DNA of 64,000 bases from an uncultured Phycisphaerales bacterium. Lineage in GTDB: Bacteria > Planctomycetota > Phycisphaerae > WQYP01. The position numbers and the translations under genes are program-made. The notes below the pieces were generated by a model. It was not told the DNA's origin, searched no databases, and was given only the letters and a program-made list of their open reading frames with translations. This document shows, piece by piece, positions 1-9,610 of the stretch; the stretch's first letter is position 1, and each line of letters starts with the position of its first letter. The stretch is from the NCBI GenBank assembly GCA_963766775.1, contig CAVYBP010000001.1, positions 128,239 to 192,238 of the forward strand, in the 5' to 3' direction.

Positions 1-1
1 G

Positions 2-1126
2 AGCGAAATCCTCACGGCACAGGAGCGCAGCCTCGCGCTGGAGCAGGAGCTGTTCGAGCAGCTTCGCACTCATCTGGCGACGCAGGTGGTCGTCCTTCAA
101 CGCATCGCTGCCGCCGCAGCCGCGCTCGATGTCACCGCCGGACTCGCCCATCTCGCCCGCACGCGCCACTATTGCCGCCCGACGCTTACCACTGAAAAAA
201 CGCTCGTCATCACGGATGGCCGCCATCCCGTCGTTGAACAATCGCTCGGTGAAAAGTTCGTGCCCAACGACACGATCTTTTGCCAGGGATCAGAAGCATC
301 GCTGGGCACCCTTCCATCGCCTGACCCTTGCGCTGTGACCCCGCTCGCTTCCTCGACCCTGCACGTCATCACCGGCCCGAATATGGCGGGCAAGTCCACG
401 TATATCCGCCAGGTTGCGCTGCTGGTCCTGCTCGCACAGGCCGGCTCCTTCATCCCCGCCAAATCCGCCACCATCGGGATCGTGGACCGCATCTACACCC
501 GTGTCGGCGCGGCGGACGATCTCGCGCAGGGACAATCTACTTTCATGGTCGAAATGATCGAGACCGCAAATATCCTTCACCATGCCACGGAATCGTCACT
601 GGTTATCCTCGACGAAATAGGCCGAGGCACGAGCACGCTTGACGGTCTCGCGCTCGCGTGGGCGATCGCCGAATTTCTCGCCGACACGACCAAAGCCCGC
701 ACGCTCTTCGCCACGCATTACCACGAACTCACCGAGCTTTCTGAAACGAGCAAAGCGGTAGCCAACTACAACGTGCTCGTGCGCGAATGGGAAGACCAGG
801 TCATCTTCATGCACCGCATCGCCCCCGGCCGCGCGGATAAGTCCTATGGTGTGCATGTCGCGCGCCTTGCCGGCGTCCCGCGCAGCGTTGTTGCTCGAGC
901 CCGGCATCTCATGACCCAACTCACCGTGCATGTCGGAAAAACCGGATCGGCAAAAGCACGAGCCGCCAGCCCCACCATCGCCCCTCAGATCGGGATGTTC
1001 GACCCGGTGGACCAGCAGGCGCTGTCGCAATTACGCGCCTTGGATATGAACCGCATGTCACCCATGCAGGCATGGGAGGCGTTGCGGGCGCTACAGGGGT
1101 TGCTGGAAGAGGCCCGGAAACAGTGA
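2..1126 (+). CDS. mutS: DNA mismatch repair protein MutS, C-terminal ATPase/dimerisation part (5' end upstream of window)
   Basis: Frame is open from the window edge into ORF 86..1126. It carries Walker A TGPNMAGKST, LDEIGRGTS and FATHYHELT, typical of MutS domain V. Confidence 0.95.
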   Translation, partial: SEILTAQERSLALEQELFEQLRTHLATQVVVLQRIAAAAAALDVTAGLAHLARTRHYCRPTLTTEKTLVITDGRHPVVEQSLGEKFVPNDTIFCQGSEASLGTLPSPDPCAVTPLASSTLHVITGPNMAGKSTYIRQVALLVLLAQAGSFIPAKSATIGIVDRIYTRVGAADDLAQGQSTFMVEMIETANILHHATESSLVILDEIGRGTSTLDGLALAWAIAEFLADTTKARTLFATHYHELTELSETSKAVANYNVLVREWEDQVIFMHRIAPGRADKSYGVHVARLAGVPRSVVARARHLMTQLTVHVGKTGSAKARAASPTIAPQIGMFDPVDQQALSQLRALDMNRMSPMQAWEALRALQGLLEEARKQ

Positions 1127-1246
1127 CGGAATTTCCGGGAAAAAGCTGTCACCCATCGGTCCGGGTTACGTTTGAGTCGCCCAGCGTATCTCCTCTGCGG
1201 TAGTGTTAGAATCCGAACGCATTTCGTAAAGCCAAGGACGCTACGC

Positions 1247-2509
1247 ATGAAAACAATTTGGATCGTTGGGCTTGCTTTGATTCTTCTCATCCTGGCAATC
1301 ACTCTCGTCGAGGTAGCGCATCGTCATACTGCCGCTCCCGGGTTGGGCAACGGGACGGATACGGCCATGCAGGGTCCGATGACGCAGAGTCCAGGTACTG
1401 AGCCAGCCAGCGAGGTCGTACCGGAGCGTCCTGAATTTGAGCGTGCCGTGAATCCCGATGGCACCACTCGCGTATACCGCACCCTCCTGCCAGGGAAACC
1501 GGGTGAGGAGTGGTCGGAAGTCCGAATCTCCAAAACCAAGAAAGGCGCTTGTCCCTACCTGGGCGATTTCCGCCCGGCGGATCCCATCACGCTTACGATT
1601 CCCGCGCTCCCTCCGCACAAACTTCTGCAAATTTCATTCGATCTTTTTCTCATGCGATCGTGGGATGGTTCCTCCCCGAACTATGGTTACGCTCGCTGGG
1701 ATTTGGATGTGGATGACCGCAATCTGATTCATACGACTTTCAACAATTGCGGGTTCTTCAGCGATAACAACAAAGAAGCTTTTCCTGATACGTGGCCCGC
1801 CCGCTGGCATACCGCCTGGACCCTAGCGGCGGAACACGAAACATTCGGCGTCATGCAGACATGGGGGACATTTACGGGTGATGCATCGTCCGTCTATCAC
1901 TTCGTTCTGGCCTTCCCGCATTCCGAACCTAACGCCACTTTTCAGTTTGAGTCGCACATGGAGAAGAATCCAAAAAAGTTCTATGGCCTCACGAACGTCG
2001 AAGTCTCAACGCTTCCTGAACTTGCTTCCTACCCCGACGATAAGTTCGCGATGCTTTGGTCTGATCTGGGCAGTTCGGATACGGCAGCTTTCTGGAAGGC
2101 TCAATGGGAACTGACGCGGGCGGGCGATGCGACGACCCACTTTATCGCCAGCCATCTTTCGGAGAATGTCGATCTGACTTCTGACCAGCTCAAGAAGGCG
2201 GTCATGGAATTGGAGGGTGCCGATGAAGCTCGGACGAACGCGATTTACAGTCTGATTGTCCAGCAGGGGTGCAATGGCGTGAACCCTGTGACGGCGATGC
2301 TGGGGGACTCTTCCGTCCCGCCGCTGGCACGGCAGCGCTTGAGTGAATGGCTGGACAATATCACGTTCTACGCGAAATATTTCCCCGAATCCGCCACCGA
2401 ACTCCGCAATGAACGCGCGAAGCATCTGCTCAACATCATTCATACGCCGGCAGCGCTGGCGCTGGCGGAAAAAATTCCCGATCTCGTGCGGCCTCCGTTG
2501 ACCCACTAG
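1247..2509 (+). CDS. hypothetical membrane-anchored protein
   Basis: ATG at 1247 follows AAGGAC inside ORF 1172..2509. There is an N-terminal TM helix IWIVGLALILLILAITLV. I recognise no domain. Confidence 0.55.
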   Translation: MKTIWIVGLALILLILAITLVEVAHRHTAAPGLGNGTDTAMQGPMTQSPGTEPASEVVPERPEFERAVNPDGTTRVYRTLLPGKPGEEWSEVRISKTKKGACPYLGDFRPADPITLTIPALPPHKLLQISFDLFLMRSWDGSSPNYGYARWDLDVDDRNLIHTTFNNCGFFSDNNKEAFPDTWPARWHTAWTLAAEHETFGVMQTWGTFTGDASSVYHFVLAFPHSEPNATFQFESHMEKNPKKFYGLTNVEVSTLPELASYPDDKFAMLWSDLGSSDTAAFWKAQWELTRAGDATTHFIASHLSENVDLTSDQLKKAVMELEGADEARTNAIYSLIVQQGCNGVNPVTAMLGDSSVPPLARQRLSEWLDNITFYAKYFPESATELRNERAKHLLNIIHTPAALALAEKIPDLVRPPLTH

Positions 2510-2559
2510 CGGCTACCAACGGCAGCAAAGAAAAAGAGAGCCGTTCTCTATTCCCCGTT

Positions 2560-3000
2560 TTACACCCCAATATCCTCATTCCACAAATCCGGCTTCTCCC
2601 GCACAAATTTTTCCATCAGGGCGATACAGCCGGCATGATTCAAATTCACCAACTCGACGCCGCAAGCTTTGAATAAATCCTCCGCGCCCAGAAAGTTTTG
2701 ATTCTCGCCGATCACGACCCGCGGAATGCGATATAATAAACTTGTACCGGTACACATCACGCACGGCGAGAGCGTACTCACCAGCGTCAACCGAGGCCAA
2801 TCCCGCCGGCGCCCCGCGTTCCGAATGCACGCCACCTCCGCATGGGCGGTCGGATCGCCCGACTGCACCCGTAGATTATGCCCCACGGCAAGAATGACTC
2901 CGTTCTCGTTCGCGAGCACGCTTCCGATGGGCAACCCACCCTCGCGATACCCCTTCAGCGCCTGCTCATACGCTGCTTCCATCAACAGATTAGAATCCAT
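2560..3000 (-). CDS. yeast-type (Fcy1-like) cytosine deaminase, CMP/dCMP deaminase zinc-binding family
   Basis: 146 aa with the zinc motifs HAE...PCVMC. End-to-end resemblance to Fcy1-type cytosine deaminase as I recall it (YKEGG.PIG, GIPR.V.GEN.NF, ending ..W.EDIG.). Confidence 0.8.
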   Translation of the reverse strand: MDSNLLMEAAYEQALKGYREGGLPIGSVLANENGVILAVGHNLRVQSGDPTAHAEVACIRNAGRRRDWPRLTLVSTLSPCVMCTGTSLLYRIPRVVIGENQNFLGAEDLFKACGVELVNLNHAGCIALMEKFVREKPDLWNEDIGV

Positions 3001-3038
3001 CGCGAACCTCGTGAAAAAGAACGCAGGGGATCACACCT

Positions 3039-3356
3039 TCATGAAGCGCTCTTGAATTGCCTGATCCGAATATCCCCTTTTGGCAGATGGGCAATCATTT
3101 CCAACTGCCCGCCCAATGCCTCAACAAGCCGTCGAAGCGTACTGATGTGCATATCTTCCTGATTTTCCAGTTTGGATAAACTCGGCTGCGTGATCCCCAG
3201 CGAATCCGCGAGATTTTCCTGTGTCAGACCTACGGACTTGCGGATTTCTCCAAGCAACATCTCGGTCATCATTTCCTTGGCTTCCACATCCGCTTGCACG
3301 AGCTGGGCGGGCGTCATTTTGGCGCGAAGTTTTTGAAAGGAGTGGCGAGTCATCAA
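3039..3356 (-). CDS. XRE-family HTH antitoxin (HigA-like)
   Basis: HTH segment LTQENLADSLGITQPSLSKLEN. It overlaps the upstream toxin gene by 4 bp (ATGA). Confidence 0.8.
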   Translation of the reverse strand: MMTRHSFQKLRAKMTPAQLVQADVEAKEMMTEMLLGEIRKSVGLTQENLADSLGITQPSLSKLENQEDMHISTLRRLVEALGGQLEMIAHLPKGDIRIRQFKSAS

Positions 3357-3715
3357 ATCAATCCTTCTTTTTGAAGGTCTTCCAGATATTTATCGTAAAG
3401 CCGGTCGGCGAGCGGGATCATTCGATCATAGAATCGGTTATCGCCCGTCTTGTCGCCGCCAATGAGTAGAATCGCGCACCTTCGCGGATCAAATGCGAAA
3501 AAAGTCCGTAGCGGACGTCCTTGGCATTGTGTCCTGAGTTCTTTCATATGGGCATGCCTGGATCCTCTCAAGGTGTCGGCATGGGGGCGTGATAACTGTG
3601 GGCCAATGAGTTCCAACAATCGAATGCTTGCGTCCAAGGATGCCTGTTCATTCACGGTGAGCGTTTCCCACCAGAGGCCAAATTCGTCCGTGTATTCGAC
3701 TTCCCACATGGCCAA
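3353..3715 (-). CDS. RelE/HigB (Gp49-like) family toxin
   Basis: 120 aa small basic protein ending in the ..ILLIGGDKTGDNRFY.. motif typical of HigB/Gp49-type toxins. Toxin-first order, coupled to the XRE gene. Confidence 0.78.
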   Translation of the reverse strand: MAMWEVEYTDEFGLWWETLTVNEQASLDASIRLLELIGPQLSRPHADTLRGSRHAHMKELRTQCQGRPLRTFFAFDPRRCAILLIGGDKTGDNRFYDRMIPLADRLYDKYLEDLQKEGLI

Positions 3716-3749
3716 AGTATAGCCGATAGAAAATATGCATTCAAGGCTA

Positions 3750-4112
3750 TTATGAGAGGTCGTGGCCTAGCGGAAGCGTTATTCTCCATGCCTTCTCACG
3801 CTCACCCATTTCTGCAAGGGTCACGCGACTGTCGTCCGCCTCCACCACCTTCGTCTGACCCGCCGCCACACGCTTCACTTCCCCGCGTCCGCCGGAGATT
3901 TCGCCCTCATAGTTCATATACAAGACCCGGTGATCCGCAATCCTCACCGCACCCACAGCGTCCGCCCCCGCCCACTCGCCCGGCCCCGTGCCTATCCGCC
4001 ACGTCATCAATTCATTGCTGCCAGGCACTTCGATCAACAAATCAAAGTGCGGCTCTGCCACCCCCGTATGATGCAGCACCACGAACCGCAGAGCCATCCC
4101 AACGCGCAACAA
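3750..4112 (-). CDS. stand-alone DNA polymerase-ligase N-terminal (LigD phosphoesterase-like) domain protein
   Basis: FVVLHH....HFDLLIE...LMTWRI....ADHRVLYMNYEGEISGGRGEV matches the short LigD-PE-like family pattern (FVIL.H...HWDLMLE..L.TWRL...DHR..YL.YEG..SG.RG.V). Confidence 0.65.
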   Translation of the reverse strand: MLRVGMALRFVVLHHTGVAEPHFDLLIEVPGSNELMTWRIGTGPGEWAGADAVGAVRIADHRVLYMNYEGEISGGRGEVKRVAAGQTKVVEADDSRVTLAEMGEREKAWRITLPLGHDLS

Positions 4113-4166
4113 ATTCAGCGTCTCCCATTAGAAACTGCGATACCGGATCGCCCCAACCTGTGTGAT

Positions 4167-4865
4167 TTAAAACTGGATTTCAAGATGAGCCATCACCCGG
4201 GTTTCGCGGACGTTGGCGTCGTTGAGGCGTTCACCGAAGTAGATGAGTTCGGTGCCCAGGGTGGTGTTCTTCCCGATGGTCATTTGAGCGCCGCCCCCGA
4301 GGCCATAGCGGTCGTAGGTGTCGAGTGAATCGACTTCGTGCGCGACAGTGGCGAAGGGGACAAACCAGTTTCCGGTGGGCGCGAGCACGTGAACGGTGGT
4401 CGTATCGGACCAGGGCCGTTCCTCCTCATTGACGTCGAACATTTCGCCGAGGGCGTCGAGACCTTCGGCCCCGATCACCTCGCGACGAATAAACGCCCAC
4501 TCGTGCGCGGTGTTGGAGGAGGCGGGCATGCGCCAGTTCAGGTCGCTCGTCCGTTGGCGAAGCTTGGCCAGGCTGGTGCGGCCAAGAGTGAAATCGGAAT
4601 AGGTAATCAGACCAGGGGACGGTCGAAGGGAAAGTTCCGGTGCGCGGGCTTGAGGTGTGTGATGTGAAACGGCAGGCGCGAGGGACTGGGCGGTGCCAAT
4701 GGCCAGTTGGGGCAGGCCATTTTCGAGAGAGATTCCCGTGAGGTCGGCCGGTAACTCCGGCGCGGCGAGGCCATTCTCGAGAGGTACCACGGCGGCATGC
4801 CCGAAACCGGCAAGACAGCCGGTAGTCAGGACGGCGGCAAAAAGTGCTGCGAGCTTGTGCATCAT
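4167..4865 (-). CDS. hypothetical outer-membrane (beta-barrel-like) protein
   Basis: Signal peptide MMHKLAALFAAVLTTGCLAGFGHA. Alternating C-terminal strands end in a terminal Phe (..HLEIQF). I recognise no family. Confidence 0.5.
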   Translation of the reverse strand: MMHKLAALFAAVLTTGCLAGFGHAAVVPLENGLAAPELPADLTGISLENGLPQLAIGTAQSLAPAVSHHTPQARAPELSLRPSPGLITYSDFTLGRTSLAKLRQRTSDLNWRMPASSNTAHEWAFIRREVIGAEGLDALGEMFDVNEEERPWSDTTTVHVLAPTGNWFVPFATVAHEVDSLDTYDRYGLGGGAQMTIGKNTTLGTELIYFGERLNDANVRETRVMAHLEIQF

Positions 4866-5283
4866 GCACCCATTTGGTTTCACGCGGAGCTGCTCCCTGC
4901 CCTGCGCTGGTGACCGGAGCTAGACACGGGCCGGCAGGGATCGTTAGAAAACTTCCGCCGACCAGATGTATGCATCGTAGTCAGTGAGCCGGCGAGTCGC
5001 GAGTGAATGAGGACTATTTTCGAAAAAAAGGCGACGTTTATCGGCGGCGGCTCGTGACAACGTCCGCGCCACTCGTGGACACGCTCCAATGTTTCGCGGC
5101 CGAAGGGATAAGGACGGATAGCACACGATCAGAAATTCCGTGGATTGGCGTCCTGTTTGCTATTCAGTCCAGACGAGCATCGAACCGATCCGTACTATAC
5201 CGGATGGCTCCTTGCCCTCAAGAATGCGTTTGACTCAGCGTATCCTGGGGATATAAAAGCTGTGGCAGAAATGGAGGCGTGGC

Positions 5284-5859
5284 ATGTCGCAGTCTGACTT
5301 TGCGGTTTCATCCGACTCCCCCGTTCCGCACAAAAAGAAAAAGCTTTTCACGCTTGCGGAAGCGCAACGCGCGTTGCCTTTGGTAAAACGCGTGGCTGCG
5401 GATATTCAGACCACCCAGGCGCTTCGCCTCAAAATTCATGCGGAACTCAGCGCCGGCCTCTCTGATCTGTCGCCCGGCCGGCAGAACATTCTGCAAGGCG
5501 ACTTTGATCGCGCGACCGACCGCCTCGAAAAACTCATTGATGAATTGGCTGCCATCGGGGTGGAACTGAAAGACCCGCGACGAGCCTTGCTGGATTTCCC
5601 CGCCCTGCACGAAGGCCGGGTTGTGCTCCTCTGTTGGAAAGCGGACGAAGACACCATCACGCACTGGCATGAGATTGAAGCCGGATATGCGGGACGAAAA
5701 CCCGTGGCGCTTCCTTCACGAGTAGGCGCGACGCCCTTCACTTCTTCACCAATATCGCTTCCACCTGCACCGGCCGATCCAGCACATAGGGTATTTGCAG
5801 GAGAAAACTCCCATCCGGAAACGCGGGCGGGTCGGCAAACTGTTTCCCATCAATGTTAA
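5284..5859 (+). CDS. DUF2203-like protein
   Basis: LFTLAEAQRALPLV...IDELAAIGVELKDPRRALLDFPA..EGRVVLLCWK..E..I.HWHE matches my memory of DUF2203. The last ~50 aa are low-complexity and overlap the convergent gene by 122 bp, so the 3' end is doubtful. Confidence 0.65.
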   Translation: MSQSDFAVSSDSPVPHKKKKLFTLAEAQRALPLVKRVAADIQTTQALRLKIHAELSAGLSDLSPGRQNILQGDFDRATDRLEKLIDELAAIGVELKDPRRALLDFPALHEGRVVLLCWKADEDTITHWHEIEAGYAGRKPVALPSRVGATPFTSSPISLPPAPADPAHRVFAGENSHPETRAGRQTVSHQC

Positions 5860-7684
5860 TCAGCACGCGCGAATCCTTCACGTCCACCGCGTCGCGCTCC
5901 ACCGCTGGAACCGTGAACAGGTAGGGCGGATAAAACAGCGGGCGCTCCTGCGGATAAATCATGAAGCTCGTGCGCCGATTCGACAGGCGAATCACCTGAA
6001 ATCCGTAAGGCTCGACGAGGCCGTCATTGTCCAGGTCGCCGGGGAAATTCCGATCCAGCTCTCCCTGCCGCACGCGGACCTTCGGCGGCACCAGGTACTG
6101 TGCGAACGAACCGGCCTGCATCAGGGGCGACGGCGAGTTGACGAGCAACATGCAGTCCAGAGGCCCTTTCCGTTGCGTGATCCCGACGCCGAAAATTTTT
6201 CGACCGCGGCCCTCCGCCCACCACCAATTATTTTTTCCGCCATTGGTCGAGCCGGTCTTCGCCAGCATCGCGATTGGGGCGTTCATCTGCATCTGATGCG
6301 GCAGTGCGGTGGTCAGGCCCTGACGTACCGATGCCGGATAAATCTCGCTTAGCAATCGCTCAACCCCGGCTGCTGTCGATTGAAGGTCCGCGTCCTGTTT
6401 TTGACGCACGGCATTCTGATCCAGCACGAGCGCCCAACTGATCGGATCGTCGACCGTCGGCGACCCTTTGGTCCATTCCACGTGCACAAAAATTTGCCCC
6501 CACTGATAAATCATGAACCGCCACTTGAGCGCGGCAGCGGGTTGTCCTAGCCGATCGAAGGGGCCGACGTCCTGTTTCACCTCGACAATCGCTGCCACTG
6601 GCGAGGTCCAGACACATTCCCACGACCATTGGCTCACGCCGCCGACGGGTCGGGGCCAGCTCTCGGTGGGGGGGTTAAGAGCGGGGGGGGTGAAAGGGGG
6701 AATAGGCGTGCCGGGATCGGTTCGAGTGGTCCCGATCGCATCCTGGCGTACGCCGGAGGCAATCGCGTCGTACATATCCTGATCCAAGAGCATCAAGCCG
6801 GTGCCGGGCTGTCCCAGTACCATCGTGCGTTCAGGGTTGGCGATGTTCGCGTCGGTCTGGGTAATCGTGATCCACGGACGCTCGACACCCGTCCTCTGGT
6901 AAAAAGTGACCTCGTATTGGCCGACCATTCCGATGGCCAGACGGGTTCCGTCGCGTTGCGCATAAAAAGTTTTCGGCGCGCCGAGCCGCTGCCCCATGTA
7001 GGCGTGATAGTCGCGTTGCACCGACCACGTATCGGTTTGCACTTCCAAGGGCTCGGTTACCCCCTCCCGTGCCTGGCGAAATTCAATACCGATGGTGGCC
7101 ACATGCCCCAGATCGATCCCTTCACTGGCGGCGGTTTTGATGTCCAACGGCAGCGCGGTCCATCGGGTCGTCACCGGATACGCATCCCCGACAATCCGTT
7201 TTCCACTTTCATCCACTAAGACCACCGCTGCTGTCCAATCGCTGCTCCGCGCGGGTTCGCCCAGATGTGTGACACTGATGGAAACCGTGTCAAAATTCTG
7301 GAAGTCCGCAGGCGTGGAGAAGCGATGAACCAAGCTGCCATTGTTCCCGGGAAGCAGCCGCGCCTCGAGCGACCAAAGCCCCGTGTTCGGCCGGAGGCTG
7401 CTACGTGTCAGATGCGACGGGTCCGAAACTGGCTCGGTGGTGGGAGCGGTGGCGGCGGCTTGGGTCGTAGCGGCACCGACCGCAGGCAGTAGCTCCCAGA
7501 ACACCGACGGGTCGGGCTCCTCAAAATCGAGAATGATGCGCGGCCCCTCCCCTCGGACATGTGCCGTGGCAGCGCCAACCCCCACTATCGCGTGGTTGGG
7601 CGACGTTTTCCCACAGGCAACCGCCCACAACGTCGCCAGCACGCAGAAAATGGCAGTCACGTCCACCCGACGGAAAATGTTCAT
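5738..7684 (-). CDS. hypothetical large lipoprotein
   Basis: Internal ATG at 7684 gives MNIFRRVDVTAIFCVLATLWAVACG, a lipobox-type signal. It is 648 aa with coding-like composition and no recognised domain. Confidence 0.6.
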   Translation of the reverse strand: MNIFRRVDVTAIFCVLATLWAVACGKTSPNHAIVGVGAATAHVRGEGPRIILDFEEPDPSVFWELLPAVGAATTQAAATAPTTEPVSDPSHLTRSSLRPNTGLWSLEARLLPGNNGSLVHRFSTPADFQNFDTVSISVTHLGEPARSSDWTAAVVLVDESGKRIVGDAYPVTTRWTALPLDIKTAASEGIDLGHVATIGIEFRQAREGVTEPLEVQTDTWSVQRDYHAYMGQRLGAPKTFYAQRDGTRLAIGMVGQYEVTFYQRTGVERPWITITQTDANIANPERTMVLGQPGTGLMLLDQDMYDAIASGVRQDAIGTTRTDPGTPIPPFTPPALNPPTESWPRPVGGVSQWSWECVWTSPVAAIVEVKQDVGPFDRLGQPAAALKWRFMIYQWGQIFVHVEWTKGSPTVDDPISWALVLDQNAVRQKQDADLQSTAAGVERLLSEIYPASVRQGLTTALPHQMQMNAPIAMLAKTGSTNGGKNNWWWAEGRGRKIFGVGITQRKGPLDCMLLVNSPSPLMQAGSFAQYLVPPKVRVRQGELDRNFPGDLDNDGLVEPYGFQVIRLSNRRTSFMIYPQERPLFYPPYLFTVPAVERDAVDVKDSRVLINIDGKQFADPPAFPDGSFLLQIPYVLDRPVQVEAILVKK

Positions 7685-7774
7685 CCGTGCCGATCCTTTT
7701 TGACTGCGGAACAAGGTCGGCAAAGCGTACCACAACCGACCATGAGGGAAAGTCCTAAAATATTTCCCGATTTC

Positions 7775-7802
7775 TTGACTTGAGCCAAATCCGTGGTATT
7801 CA
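7775..7802 (+). promoter_or_regulatory. possible sigma70-type promoter (TTGACT-N16-TATTCA) ahead of the sigma54 activator gene
   Basis: Hexamers read directly at 7775..7780 and 7797..7802. No other support. Confidence 0.25.
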
Positions 7803-8036
7803 CATGGTAATCAGCAATAGACCACCTGAGCGGGTAAAGAGAACCTGTGGCGTAAGGACCGGCTTACACGGGGCTTCCGTGGGACACGTCGTCCGTCCGG
7901 TAGGTACAACAGATTGGCCGACCCTGATCGCAGGGTCCCGTGAGGAGAGAGTCGCGACGGCGGCAGTGCGCAATCGCGAGGTAAAGAGAGAGAACGTGGA
8001 CACAAGATCGGTTGGGTGTCCGCGAGAGGGAGCAGC

Positions 8037-9514
8037 GTGTACGTAGAAAAACCAGCCTCCGGTACGGGCGTCGTCCTGTACTGCGGGGATCCCGCGGTGG
8101 CAGCCGCTCTTTTGCCATCGCTTCATTTACAAATCACCGTAGTCGCGCGGGAAGAAATATTTTCGCTCGCAAAAGATCTTCAACATCCGATAACCTGCAT
8201 CATCTTTACCCTGTGCGAAGAGAAAGCCGGGCGTCTGAGCCTGTCGTCGGACGATCCAGAGGGTGCCCCGCCCCCCCCCTCCCGCTTCTTCAATCGCTTC
8301 GACTCCTGCAAAATAGACCGTCCCCGCCGGCGGTTATTCTGCTTACGCAAAGCGGCCTGCCGCTCGATACCTGTTGTGATTTCGTCAACTGCGGCGTCAG
8401 CCATTTTGTGGATATGGATGCTCAGGGGTGGGAGCGGCGCCTGCATGGGCTGCTGTCATCCTCGCATATTTCCGTTATGCCGCTTGCCGTGCGCGATCCC
8501 CAGGAACTGCTCGACACGGTCGGTATCCGCGCCATCAGTCCGGCGATGCAGAGTCTTATCCTTCAGGTTTATCGTGGCGCTCAGGTGTCGGATGCCACGG
8601 TCCTCATTCAGGGGGAATCCGGCACGGGCAAACAGCTCCTCGCCGAGGCCATTCACCAGCTTGATCCCAAGCGCGGCAAGTTGCCTTTCGTCCCCGTCAA
8701 TTGCGCGGCCATCACCGGTACACTTGCTGAGTCCGAACTCTTTGGCCACACCAAAGGCGCTTTCTCCGGGGCCACCGATCCACGCCTTGGATACTTTCGC
8801 ACCGCCAACCGCGGCACCATTTTTCTTGACGAGATTTCCGAATTGCCCCTCTACCTTCAACCCAAGCTTCTGCGCGTTCTGCAGGAACGCCGCGTGATGC
8901 CCGTGGGGTCTGACAGGGAAGAGTCGATCGACGTGCGGGTCATTGCCGCGAGCAATGTTTCGCTGCAGGAAAAAATTGCGAAGGGGGAATTCCGCCTCGA
9001 TCTCTATCAGCGATTGAATGTCATCCATCTCACGCTCCCGCCTCTGCGCCAGCGAACGGAGGACATTCCCCTTCTGGTCCAGCACTTCGTCAAAAAGTAT
9101 CAGCACTATTCCCTGCATCCGATCGTCGATATCGACACGCGCGTGTTTGAATTGCTTAAAAGAAAAGCCGGCGCGGGCAATGTGCGAGAACTCGAAAACA
9201 TCATTCGCCAGTCCCTCGTTTTCAAGGCGAGCGGCGACCGCCTGGAACTGCAGGACCTTCCGCGCACGCTTCTGGAAGGAACCGAGCATGCGCCAGCCAA
9301 AGAAATCATCCCCAGTGATATCGCCAACAATCTCGTCGAACTGATCCGCAGCCGCCGGTTGACGCTGAAGCAGGTGGTTGAGACGTTTGAAAAATCACTG
9401 ATTCATCGGGCGTCAAAAAGCAGTCCCGCGATCAGCAAAGTCGAACTCGCCAAAGTCCTCGGCATGCCGCGCCGCACGCTGTATTACAAACTCGACGCGA
9501 AAGATTCTGAATAA
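8037..9514 (+). pseudogene. sigma54-dependent transcriptional activator (NtrC/AAA+ family), reading frame broken at a C9 tract
   Basis: AAA+ core [14 protein letters not shown] (GAFTGA variant), FLDEI, RVIAASN, and a C-terminal Fis-type [20 protein letters not shown] in ORF 8012..9514. A receiver-like N-terminus ([15 protein letters not shown]..) lies in ORF 8016..8897. The two frames meet at the C9 run 8271..8279. Confidence 0.85.
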
Positions 9515-9610
9515 AAAGTTTGTCGACTTTTCCCCGCCTCCACCGAGAACTGCGATCATCTACATCCAACGCGGAATCCTCCCCACCCCTGCGACGGAAT
9601 ACCTCAGCAC

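Noticed and set aside
7685-7735. A longer N-terminus (start at 7735) for the large lipoprotein gene, and similar upstream extensions for ORFs 35895..37112, 10404..11921, 26504..27580, 28028..28681, 56247..57959 and 59377..60792.
   Set aside because: Internal starts give canonical N-termini (signal peptides, the G1 motif of YchF, MAKHTIV of the IDH-family gene, MTTINT of NuoD). The extensions are low-complexity or overlap neighbouring genes or repeats.
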